DNA of 20,000 nucleotides from Raillietiella orientalis (Eukaryota). The stretch is from contig JAYWIR010000083.1 in NCBI GenBank assembly GCA_036172245.1, positions 298,696 to 318,695 of the forward strand, given 5' to 3'. The notes below the pieces were generated by a model, which made no database searches, had not been told where the DNA came from, and saw only the letters and a program-made list of their open reading frames with translations. The position numbers and the translations under genes are program-made. Of the stretch, positions 9,023-19,728 are shown in pieces (the first letter of the stretch is position 1; each line of letters starts with the position of its first letter).

Positions 9023-11178
9023 CACGTCAAGTTGATAGCAGGGCTATGGGCTTCGCGTCTGAAGCAGGTGGCAGAATCCGTAATTAGCCCGGAGCAGACT
9101 TATGCTGTTCCCGGGCGAAGTATGGATGCCAACCTCTTCTTCGCAAGCACATGGGTGCACCTGCAGAGAAGAGAGAAGAAAGGGATCGGGAAATTCGGCA
9201 ACCCCACATTGGGGCCGCCAGCCGGGCTGGGAAGGAACCCCCGGGCGGGGAAGGGGGCCCTAGCGCTCGCAGTCGATCTCCACAAGGCGATCGACTGTGT
9301 AGACCAGGAACTCCTTTTGGAGCTCCTGGGTAGCATGGGCTTCTCACCCTCCCTGATTTCCTACCTGCGCTGTTGCTGGCGGAATGCGATGATTACCGTG
9401 TCTTTCAGTGGTCACAAGGTGTATGGCGTGCCGGTTCCGCGAGGCATAAGGCAGGGAGATAGCCTCAGCCCCCTGCTCTTCAGCACCTACTTTGAGTTGG
9501 TGCTGAGAGCGTACAGGGTGACTTTGGGCCCCTTGCCGAGCTCGTGCCCCGGCACGCCCGCCGTAGCAGCGTACGCCGACGATCTTCTGCTCTTGTTGCC
9601 AATGTCCACCGCGGCAAAGGCGGTCGGAGACTTCTTCGATCAGCTCAGCCGCGGGACCGGACTGCAGGTCAACAGGGCGAAGTCGTCGGTTGTGCCAATA
9701 GGTGCGGCGTGGGCAGAGCAGCAGGACTGGGTCCGTCTGGGGATCCCCACGGCGAGGTGCTTCAAGTACCTTGGTGTGCCGTTGGGGGACTACTACCCTG
9801 CGGAAGCGTGGTCCACCTGCCTCCAAGAAGTCGAGACGGCGATCGGCCCGTTTCTGGAAGGCAAGTTTCACTTGCCGGAACGGGCTTCGGTTTGGAACCC
9901 TTCGCGGCCCTCATCCTCCGCCCCTTGCTTTTTGTTTGCCCCCCCACCGTGGAATCCAAGAAGAGGACAAAGGACCTCCTCCGTATCGCCCTTTGGGGCA
10001 AGGGGATACCCCGAGTCCCTCTGAAGGACTTGTTCGCTCCGCGTCGGGACGGGGGTCTTGTCCTCCTGACGCTGGAGCGCGTTGAGAAGCAGCTGCGGTA
10101 GCGAACCCTCGCCATCGCAGCGAAGATGTGGAGCACCCCTTGGTGCACTCCGGCTCGCCTCCTGGCCAGCCGTGTGTCCCGGTGCGATGGACTCGCGTCT
10201 TTTCTTCCGAGCCGTGGCCGGAAGACGCGAAGATGCGGCCTACTGTTCGGGCGCATGGCAACATTGACCAATAAGAACAGCTGGATGGTTTGCTGTTCCG
10301 CCAACTCCCCCGCCTGGCTGGAGAAGAATATTGGAACGTGGGCAGTGGTTAACCAGACAAGCCACGAGACGTGGAATCGTCTCCGATGCAGCCCCTACGC
10401 CCGCTGCACGCTGCGGAATCTCCTGGAGAGTCCAGCAAGATGCACGTGGGCAGAGACGACCTGCCTATCTACGGCGCTGCCCTTCTTGAGGAGGGCACTT
10501 CACAGCAGCCGGACGCCAAGGTGGCAAGTCTCCTGCTGCATCGAGGGACGCGAGAAGTTGATTAGCGGCTGGACAACAGGAGAACTGTCCGATGCCACGA
10601 CCCCGAGCGTCCAGCCGCGAGCATTAGTAAGATGGGGCGAGCTGCTCGCCATCCCCAGGGATGAGCTGAAGTGGTCCTTGCTTCTCCAGGAATCCAGGAT
10701 CCTGCCCCTCAAGTGGCAACAGTTGGCGTTGCTGCTGTTGCAGTGGGGTCTACCCTGCAACGCGCGCCGCTTCCACTGGACGAGGGGAGCTGTGGATCCT
10801 GCGTGTGCCAAGTGCGGGGAGCGGGAGTCTCTCCCCCACCTTATTGTGGATTGTGCTGCCCTTCGACCCCTTTGGGAACGGTTCGGGACGACCCTCGGGC
10901 TCCCTACGGGCAGCACCCCCAGAGACGTACTTCGGCCCCTCTTCGTGAAGGACGCACTGCAGCCAGCCGCAGCCATCGCAGCCTTGTGCTGCGTCCGTGG
11001 CATCGTGGCGGCATGGAGCGACGCCAACAACGAAGGAGTGGGTCCACAGGCGAGGGATGTCATCCCGTATGCGCAACGCTTCTTGCGAAGAGCTGCCGGA
11101 TGGCCCCAACTGGGGAATATGCAGACAGACCTTGAGGGCTTCGTTCGAGGGATGGGCCCTCCCCACAGCGACCAGTGA
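9023..11178 (+). pseudogene. E4 ORF2 remnant: RT + CCHC
   Basis: ISPEQTYAVPGRS, GIRQGDSLSPLLF, YADD, KYLGV, CAKCGERESLPHLIVDC; frameshift near 9900 and TAG at 10099-10101. Confidence 0.92.
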
Positions 11179-11383
11179 TCCCTTCCCTGCCCTCCAACTT
11201 TTTGTTTGTTTCTTTTTATTTTTTCTTTTTGTCTTATCCCCATGCCCCTTCGCTGTCGGGGAGTGCCACGCCGGGCTGCGTCCTTGTGTCCCGACAGGTC
11301 CTGTGTTTACGGCCGTGGTGGGGCCTTGTACCACGCATGTAGAGTTTATTAATAAACGCCCCGGGCGTACCCGGGTGATAACG
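9023..11383 (+). mobile_element. E4: element lacking its 5' part (RT, C-terminus, 3'UTR)
   Basis: Begins at VKLIAGLW in early RT; stop at 11176-11178; T-rich UTR; AATAAA at 11351-11356 followed by a CCCGGG-CGTA-CCCGGG hairpin. Confidence 0.9.
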
Positions 11384-11402
11384 CCGAATCCCTTGGCGAG
11401 TG

Positions 11403-11414
11403 GACGTGTTTTTC
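11403..11414 (+). promoter_or_regulatory. Conserved 5'-terminal motif GACGTGTT(T/C)T (candidate internal promoter or start)
   Basis: The same motif occurs at 5452-5441 (-), 9021-9010 (-) and 16957-16968 (+), each ~70-90 nt before the ORF1 ATG and within a few nt of the element's 5' junction. Function is inferred. Confidence 0.5.
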
Positions 11415-11488
11415 CTTCGCTCCCGAGTGAGTCGACAGGAAGCGGTTTTTTCTTTGTGTGTGTTCGTGTGGAACATCGTTGGTGTCCG

Positions 11489-13228
11489 ATGGCAGCGATG
11501 CCTGAGGACACCACGATGGAGGTAGGTGTGGTGGAGGCTTGCCCACCCCCGCAGCCTACAGAATCAGGGGCGTCCGCCCCGGAATCGCCGTCGCCGCCGA
11601 AGGCGAGGAGCTGGAGCGCCATGGTGGCCGCGCCGAGCGCGGAAACCATGGCCGAGATGGCGGCCTACCGGGCAGTAGAGTACAAGCCCAGCTTGGTGTA
11701 CCAGGTAGGCCCCTTATTTGATAGAAAAACGGCACGCGCGTTTTCGAAAGCGCTGCAAAACGCCGAAGTAAGAGAACAAGATCTTCACGGCCTGTCCGTT
11801 CTCAGCGGAGGTCAGCGAGTCGAGGTGGTGTGCAAGGAGATCACCTTGGCTCAGAGTCTGATCACCAACCCGTTTGACGTCGACGGCCGCAAGATCTTGC
11901 CTGTGACGATGGACCGCTCCGTGGTGGTCAATCTCACTGGAATAACGAGCCGTATGACTCGCTCTGCGGTAGCACAATAACTTCGGAATTTCGCCGAGGT
12001 GCACGCTAAGCCAACAAACTTCGAAGGCTTTAATAGCCATTTCGGAGGCCAGGCTGCAGCGCGGGTAAGCGCGAATAAGGACTGTGGGCTTCCCCACAAG
12101 CTGGAGGTCGCGCAAGAGAGCGTGGATCTCTGGTACGTGGGAAAGCCCCGGTATTGCAACTACTGCGATACCGTAGGACACCTTCGCAAGAGGTGTCCTA
12201 ACATCCGATGCCACATGTGCGGGGAGAAGGGCCACGTTCGATGTGTTTGCCCAAAGCGCCCCATCCCGGTTCCTCCTGCCGCCAAAAAAGCGCAGGGGAA
12301 ACGCGCTGTGAAGGTCACAAGACCTAAGGCGGACGCTGGCCGGCTTAAGCTGCCGGATCCTCAATCTCCAAAAGAAAAAACGGAGGATAAATTTTCCCAA
12401 GAGGCGGAAGGTGAAGAGGGCTGGCAACTTGTAGCCGCCAGAAAAGAGAAAAAAGCTCCTTGAAAGGAGAAGAAAGAAAAGTCGACCGCTAAGGCAAAAA
12501 AACCCGGGCCGCGTTCGAAAACCGTACGCGAGTGCACGGTGGCATTGGAACGTATCGTCGTTCCTGAAGATGCCACCCGGGGCGACGAACCTCCCCTTGC
12601 CGTTTCCGATGCGCCCGAAGTTCGCGACGGCGAACCCTCTGTGCAAACAGAGGGTGAGCCGCGCGACGGGCCGGTCGACACCGAGGACGCCGCGTTCGCG
12701 CAGGCGGCGGAGGAGCTCGCGGCCACGCTGGCGGAGCGTGAGAACCGCTCACGCAAGGCCGTGCGAAGGCCTGCTCCCGCGAGAAAGGCCCCCACAGGTG
12801 AGTTGGACCTGGGGGCCCGAAGCACATCCTCCTCCTCGGAGGCACCCCCCAGGAAGTCGGGACGCAAGTCCCAGAAACCCAGGAGGCGCCTACCCTCCAC
12901 CAGCGAGGAGGAGAAGCAGGAAGGTATTGGTAGCGTGGGAATCCCGGAGGGGGAACTCCCACGCTCGGAAGCCGTCGAGCCGGCCACTCCCATGGAGGAA
13001 GGTGAGAAGGGACGCGATGTCCTCCCTGCAGTCGCTGAGCCTGAACAGCTTGCCCCCATGGAGGAGGGCCAACAGATAGGCGCGACCCCACCTGAGGGTG
13101 ACCCGCTCGACGCTCCTTTATCCATTGAGAAGGGGGACCAGGTGCATGCAGCGCCTGACCATCCTCCTCCACCTAGCGTCCCGCCCCTACAGGTGGCGGA
13201 CGCCGCATCGCCATCTTCCCAGGAGTAA
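11489..13228 (+). pseudogene. E5 ORF1 (two in-frame stops)
   Basis: MAAMPED start; CNYCDTVGHLRKRC and CHMCGEKGHVRCVC; stops at 11978-11980 and 12461-12463; a single frame to TAA at 13226-13228. Confidence 0.9.
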
Positions 13229-14070
13229 CACCTGGGCTCGCCAGTCGCCGTCGGATTCGTGCCACCTCTTGGAACGTCAACGGGCTGCGCGACGACGGTA
13301 ACAGGCGAGATACGGCCGACACCCTGCGTGAGCTCGACCTGGCCCTGCTGCAGGAGATCCACGTATTCACCGCAGCAGACGCCCAGGAGATCGAGACGAT
13401 CGCGGGGGGTCGGTTGTATTGGCGATGCGGCCTCCGCAACACCTGCGGGATCGCGTTCTTCGCGAAGCCGGCCATCGACGCTGCCGTGAAGGGCGTGCGC
13501 TTCCCTGACGACGGTCGGGTCGGTCAGCTGATTCTCAGCTGGTCCGACTCGATCGAACTGATCGTCACGAATGTGTACGCCCCCAGCGGTAAACAGGTAT
13601 ACAGCGACCGCACCAGGCTGCTGGAATCCCTGAAGCGCGACTGGCTGGCGGACAAGAACGTGCGAAAGGCTCACCTGATAGCGGGAGAGTTCAATCTCCG
13701 CCTGCTAACAGGTGAGCCAGAAACACAAGAAAACGCGATGAACGAGTTGTGCGCCGCCATGCGTGCGCGCAACTTGTTCGCGGGTGAGAGGGGAATGGTC
13801 CGCAGCATCGACCACGTCTTCCTCGACGCTGACCTGTGTTCACGGGTCGGCAAACGTGGGAGGGTTGCGTCGAGGTTGTCGGACCATTCCCGGTTAATTT
13901 TCGAGATGCGGCCTCGCGACATGGGACTGCCATCCAGGGATTGGCGTCTGCCGGGGGACTGGACGCGACTCTCAGGTGCGAAGGAACACCTTCACGAATT
14001 CCTGAGAGGCGTCACGCTCCAGATTCTCTCTTTAAACCCGGTACGCCAAGACGTTTATTTTTTCAAATAA
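13228..14070 (+). pseudogene. E5 ORF2 APE endonuclease only (open frame, ACA at the start position, GDFN changed to GEFN)
   Basis: SWNVNGL, LLQEIH, NVYAPS, GEFN, SIDH, SDH; homology ends at 14028 and the frame runs into the antisense E6 UTR to TAA at 14068-14070. Confidence 0.88.
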
Positions 14071-16953
14071 ACTCATATAAACTGTGACTGCACCAGTAGT
14101 CGAGCCACGCCCTGGAAACATTCAGCCTGCCGGGCTAGCGGTGCACAGACCGGCGCGGTCGACCTCGGCAGCAGACGGAAGGGGGAATCAAAGAAAAAGA
14201 AAACAAAAAAAAATAAACAAGACCGGGTAGGGAGCGGGAAGGGATCACTGTCTGCTGGGAGGGTCCGTCATCCTCTGGAGGATGCCGGCAAGCTGTCACT
14301 GAATGGTGGCTTCCAGATGGGGCCATCGCGTAGCCATCCTCAGGAAACGGGCGGCGTACACATTGGCGTCCCTGTCGCTGGACTTTCCCGTCGCTTTGTT
14401 CCAGGCCACGACGATCCCGCGTAGGCAGCACAGGGCTGCAAGCGAGACCACCGAAGGCAGAGCATCACGTACGAAGAGGGCGCGCAAAGCGTCTCTAAGG
14501 TTGCCACCGGGGATCCCCAGGGCTGCGGCAAAGCGTTCCCACAAGGGACGGAGGGCAACACATTCCACAAGCAGGTATAGGAGGTATTACCTCTCCCCGC
14601 ACCTGACACAATTGGAGTTTAAACCCCCCCGCGTCCAGTGGTGTCGGCGGGTTATGCAGGGGAGGCCCCAATGCAACACCAGGAGTGCCGACTGTTTCCA
14701 CTTCATGGGGAGGGTGCGCGAGTCCATGAGCACCGGCAGCCACTCCAGATGTTCTTCGGAACATCCAGTAGCTCGCCCCAGCGCAAGAGTCCGTGTGGGG
14801 TGGTCCTCGGGGTCGCAGCGTTGGTGAGCTGACCCGTTCTCCAATCCCCGATCTTCTTTGCCCTGCTGGCGATCTTGACAGTAACCTCCCATTGTGCCGC
14901 GATGTCGCTGCCCAGATGTTCCCATAGGGTAGGCAGTACCGCAGAAAGGGAGGTTCTTTGTGCCCACGCTCTCCTTCGGGGATTCTCGATGATTTCTCGG
15001 AGCGTGCGGTGGACATGCGGCCCGAACAGAGCTATTCGCTCGTGTTGCGAGCTCTGCTCCTGAATCATCGCCCACGTGCGCACGGGTTCCTGCAGCTAGG
15101 CAGGACCGTTCCCGGGGCGTACGAGGATCCGCGTCGAGTTGGTCTTCACGAGCTTGGCCGCCCTTCGAAGCTGAAGTCCGCAGTGGAAGATGGGGCTTCG
15201 GAGTGCAAAGTAGGACGAGAGTCCCCCATTGCCGGTGGCCCGCTCGACGAGGAGACGTGCAGGGAGGCAACAGGCGGTGCACCAATTTTTTGCCACAAAG
15301 GCAACACTCCGGAACTGGAGCTGAAGCTCCAACCGCTCCAGCGTCAGAAGGCCAAGACCGCCGTCCCGACGCGGAGAGCACAAGTCCGCGAGACGGACCC
15401 GGGCCTCCCTCTGCCCCAAAGGGCTATCCTCAGGAGGTCCTTCGTCCTTTTCCTAGACTCCGCTGAGGGGGGCAAACAAAAAGCAAGGGGCGAAGGTGCG
15501 ATGCCGCAAACGCGTTCCACGCCGCGGCCCGTTCCTGCAGGTGGAACCTGCCGTCCTGGAACGGGCCGATCGCCGCCTGAGCCTTCTGAAGGCAGGGGGA
15601 CCACGCTTTTGCAGGGGAGTAGTCCCCCAACGGCACACCAAGGTACTTGAAGTACCTCACCGTGGGAATCCCCAAACGGACCCAGTCCTGCTGCCCTGCC
15701 CACGCCGCTCCGACTGGCATTACGGACGACTTCGCCCTGTTCACCATAAGTCCGGTTCCCCGATGCAGCAGGTCGAAGAACTCCTCGACCGCCGAAGCCG
15801 GGGTGGACATATGGAGCAGTAGCAGAAGATCGTCCGCGTATGCCGAAACCGCAGGCGTTCCGGGACAATCGCGCGGCAGGTGCGCCAGAGTCTCCCTGTA
15901 CGCTCTCAGCACCAATTCGAAAAAGGCGCTAAAGAGCAGTGGGCTCAGGCTGTCTCCCTGCCGTATGCCGCGTCGCACCGGTACTCCGTGCACGGTTTGC
16001 CCGCTGAAAAGAACATTAATGAGCGCGTCGCGCCAGCTGGAGCTCAGGTAGGCCAACAAAGAGGCCGGGAAGCCCAAGCGTTCCAGAAGCTCCAGCAAAA
16101 GATTCTGGTCGACGCTGTCGAATGCTTTACGCAAGTCGAGAGCGACCGCAAGGGCTCCCTTCCCCACCTGACCGTTCCGTCTCCCGCCAACAGACGCACC
16201 GGAATTCCGGCTGCTCAATAAGCCCCTTCCTTGTTGGAGCTCTAACCATGTGGAAGCGTGGAACAGGTTCGCCTCCATGCTCCGCCCGGGAACAGCATAA
16301 GTCTGTTCCGGGCTGATGAAGATGTTGGCGACCCGTCCCAGGCGCTCTGCCCACATCTTGGCTATCAACTTGGCGTCCGCATTCACTATTGTGATGGGAC
16401 GCCAGTTGTTCATGCTTCTTAGGTCTCCTCCCTTCGCGAGGTAGCCGCATCTTTGCTGAACGAAACGAGGTGGGAACGTCACATGTTTCGCGAATCAGCA
16501 AGGTGAGCTGATGTACCAGAGGGGTAAGCTCTGCCGCGAAAGTTTGGTACAACTCCGCGGGTAGGCCGTCCTCCCCTGGAGCCTTCCGCCTCTTGAGCTT
16601 GCCGATGGCCGAGAGGATCTCGTCCATCGTGAAAGGCTCGTCGAGGCTTCTTTTCTCCTCCTCCCTGATCTCTGTAGCACCTTCCGAAAGCAGGAGTCCT
16701 GAGACGTCTCGCTCCGGAGGCGCCCTGGAGTACAATGAGGAGTAAAATTTGTTCACAATCCCGCGCTTCTGAGCAGGAGCCGAGTGCTCCCGGCCCTGGT
16801 CGTCCAGCAAGCTAGCTGACCCGGATTGCCAGGCTTGCCTCTCGGCTCCCGCTTCATACTCTGCTAACCTGCGCATGTCGGGGGTTCTCGCGTAACGTCG
16901 GGCCTGAAGATAGCACCTTTCGTTACGCGGCCCCTCCCCAAATCCCTTGGGGT
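14029..16953 (-). mobile_element. E6: element lacking its 5' part (linker, RT, C-terminus, 3'UTR); same subfamily as E2
   Basis: Starts at PKGFGEG in the EN-RT linker; AATAAA at 14059-14054; 3'UTR nearly colinear with 5906-6121. Confidence 0.9.
14245..16953 (-). pseudogene. E6 ORF2 remnant: RT + C-terminus
   Basis: KAPGEDG, NWRPITIVN, DLRKAFDSVD, GIRQGDSLSPLLF, YADD, GGLGL; frameshifts (e.g. near 16445 and 15465) and stops (14587, 14296). Confidence 0.92.
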
Positions 16954-19698
16954 GCGGACGTGTTTTTCCTGAGCTCCCGAGCGAGTCGACAGGAAGCGGT
17001 TTTTTCTGTGCGTTTTCTTGTGTGGAACATCGTTGGTGTCCGATGGCAGCGATGCCTGAGGACACCACGATGTAGGTAGGTGTGGGGGAGGCTCGCCCAC
17101 CCCCACAGCCTGCAGAATCAGGGGAGTCCGCCCCAAAATCATCCCCGGTAACGCCGAGGACGTGGAGCGCCATGGTTTCCGCGCTGAGCGCGGAAACCTT
17201 GGCAGAGCAAGCGGCCTACAAGGCCTCCGGATATAAACCATCTCTGGTTTAGAAGGTAGGAGTCCTGTTTGATGGTCTCACCGCCCGGGCTTTTAGTAGG
17301 GCACTGCAGGATTTCCCTGTACGAGAGGAGGATCTTGACGGCCTCTCCGTACTCAGCGGGGGGCAGCGCGTGGAGGTCGTCTGCAAAGACGTAGCCTTAG
17401 CACAGCGCCTCATTAACACCCCGCTGAATGTGGATGGCTGGAAGATCCTGCCGGTTAGCATGGACCGCTCCGTAGTGGTCCATCTAACCGGCATTACGAT
17501 CCGCATGACGCGATCTGCGGTGAGTAATGCACTAAGTAAGTACGGTGAGATACACGCGTTGTGGCCAAAGCCTACCATTTTCGAAGGCTTTAATAGCCAT
17601 TTCGGAGGCCAGGCCGCAGCGCGTGTAACGGTAAATGAGTGCAGTGGCTTGCCGCACAAACTGGAGGTCGCCAAGGAATCCGTCGACCTCTGATACGTGG
17701 GGAAAGCCCGCTAATGTTGCTACTGCGATGCACTAGGGCACTCGCAAGCGGTGCCCGAATATCGAGTGCCACTTGTGCGGGGTTAAGGGACACGTTCGTC
17801 GTGTGTGCTCCAAACGCCCCACCCCGGTGCCACCTGCTGTCAAAAAGGCACAGGCAAAAAAAAAATGAAAAAAGGTCGAAAGACCTTATCGCGAAACTGG
17901 CCGGCCCCAGCCGCCATCTCCTGTTCCTCCCACCCAGGCGTCGGAGGAAAAACTTGCTGAAGACGCGGGAGAGGAAGAAGGATGGAAGCTGGTAAATGCC
18001 AGAAAAGAAAAAAAAGTTGCCCCCGTGGAACCCACGAGAGCGAAGAGAGAAAAGAGCTCGAAACCGAATAAACCTGGTCCGCGCTAGAAAACTCTTCGCG
18101 AGTGCACGGTGGCACTCGAACGGATTGCCGTCCCCGAGGCTGCCACCCGGGGCGACGGGCCTCCCCTCGCCGTTTCCGCCGCGCCCGAGGTTCGCGACGA
18201 CGAACCCTCTGTTTGCACAGAGGGTGAGACGCGCGACGCTCTCGCCGCCGTCGAGGACGCCGCCTTCGCGAAGGCGGCGGAGGAGCTCGCGGCCACGCTG
18301 GCTGAGCGTGAGAACCTCTCGCGCAAGGCCGTGCGAAGACCGGCTCCAGTAAACAAGGCCCCCGCAGGTGAGTTAAAACTGGGGGCCGGAAGTACATCCT
18401 CCTCCTCGAAGGCACCCCCCGGAAGACGGGACGCAAGTCCCAAAAGCCGAGGAAGCGCCTCCCCTCCACGAGCGTGGAGGAGAAGCAGGAAGTCGCCGGC
18501 AGCGTGGGAATCCCGGAGGGGGAGCTCCCACCCGCGGAAGCCGTCGAGCAGGACACCCCCATGGAGGAGGGTGAGCAGGGGGCGAAGTCCTCCTTGCCGG
18601 CGCGGACCATGTACAGCCCACCCGTATGGAGGAGGGCCAACAGGTAGGCGCGACCCCACAAGAGGGTGACCCGCCCGACGCGCCGTCACCGATGGAGCAG
18701 GGGGACCAGGTGCTCGAGGCACCTGTCCCTCCTGCCCGAACTAGCGTCCCGCCCCAACAGGTGGCGGACGCCGCAGAGCCGATTATTCAGGAATAACACC
18801 TGGGCTCGCCTGTCGCCGTCGAATCCGCGCGGCCAGTTGGAACGTCAGCGGGCTGCGCGACAATGGGAACAGGCGAGATACGGCCGACTCCCTGCGTGAG
18901 CTCGACCTGGTGCTGCTGCAGGAGATCCACGTGTTCACCGCGGCAGACGTCCAGGAGATCGAGACGATCGCGGGAGGTCGGTTGTATTGGCGATGCGACC
19001 TCCGCAACACCTGCGGGGTCGCCTTCTTGGTGAAGCCGGCCATCGACGCTGCCGTGAAGGGCGTACGCATCGATGACGACGGTCGGGTCGGTCAGCTGAC
19101 TCTCAGCTGGTCCGACCCAATCGAATTGATCGTCACGAACGTGTACGCCCCAGGCGGGAAAGGGGGATACAGCGACCGTATCAGGTTGCTGGAAACCCTG
19201 AAACGCGACTGGCTGGCCGATACGAACGTGTGGAAAGCACACCTGATAGCTGGGGACTTTAATCTCCGTCTGCTGTCAGGTGAGCCCGAAGCACAAGAAC
19301 GCACGGCCAACGAGTTGTTCGCTGCCATGCGCAAACGCAACTTGTTGGCAGACGCGGAGGGAATGGACCGCAGCATCGACCACTTCTTCCTGGATGTCGA
19401 GCTGTGCTCGCGGGTCGGCAAACGGGGAAAAGTTGCGTCGACGCTGTCGTACCATTCCAGGATCATCGCCGAGGTTTGCCCGCGCTACAAAGGACCCCCG
19501 TCCAGGGCGTGGCAGCTGCCTGGGGACTGGACGCGGCTCTCAGGTGGGAAAGAACACCTTCGCGAATTCCTGAGAGGCCTCACCCTCCGCAGTCTCCAAG
19601 ACTGGGACCCCTTCAAGGCCTCGGTCCGCGATTTCTGCGAGGAGTTCCCCCTGCACCGCCTGCCCCCCGGATTTGGGGAGGGGGCTCGAAATTATAGA
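16954..19698 (+). mobile_element. E7: element with 5'UTR, ORF1 and EN (E5 subfamily), RT absent
   Basis: 5'UTR closely matches E5; ATG at 17043; EN from 18796; homology ends at GFGEGARNYR (~19698). Confidence 0.9.
17043..18796 (+). pseudogene. E7 ORF1 (multiple stops and frameshifts)
   Basis: MAAMPEDTTM then TAG; EGFNSHFGGQAAARV identical to E5; TGA at 17691-17693; degenerate knuckles; TAA at 18794-18796. Confidence 0.88.
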
Positions 19699-19728
19699 TT
19701 AGGAACGTTTACTACCAAAGATCCCTGA
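18796..19728 (+). pseudogene. E7 ORF2 APE endonuclease + start of linker (open frame, SDH changed to SYH)
   Basis: SWNVSGL, LLQEIH, NVYAP, GDFN, SIDH, then WDPFKASVRDFCEEF; TGA at 19726-19728 lies in UTR-like sequence. Confidence 0.88.

Larger units (their letters stand above)
11401..14028 (+). mobile_element. E5: element with 5'UTR, ORF1 and EN, broken in the EN-RT linker
   Basis: GACGTGTTTTTC at 11403, ORF1 ATG at 11489, EN from 13228 to GVTLQIL (14028), abutting the 3' end of E6. Confidence 0.9.

Noticed and set aside
10997..11488. N-terminal part of the 327-aa ORF with a hydrophobic FVCFFLFFLF stretch
   Set aside because: Read-through of the T-rich E4 3'UTR into E5 ORF1, not a membrane protein.
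14029..19698. E6+E7 (and E3+E4) as single twin-primed 5'-inverted insertions, since E7 ends where E6 begins
   Set aside because: Not favoured: the overlap differs at 7 of 15 nt (GCTCGAAATTATAGA versus CCGCGTAACGAAAGG), the same 5' flank recurs at E5, and full-length E1 shows the same head-to-head geometry. It is not strictly excluded.
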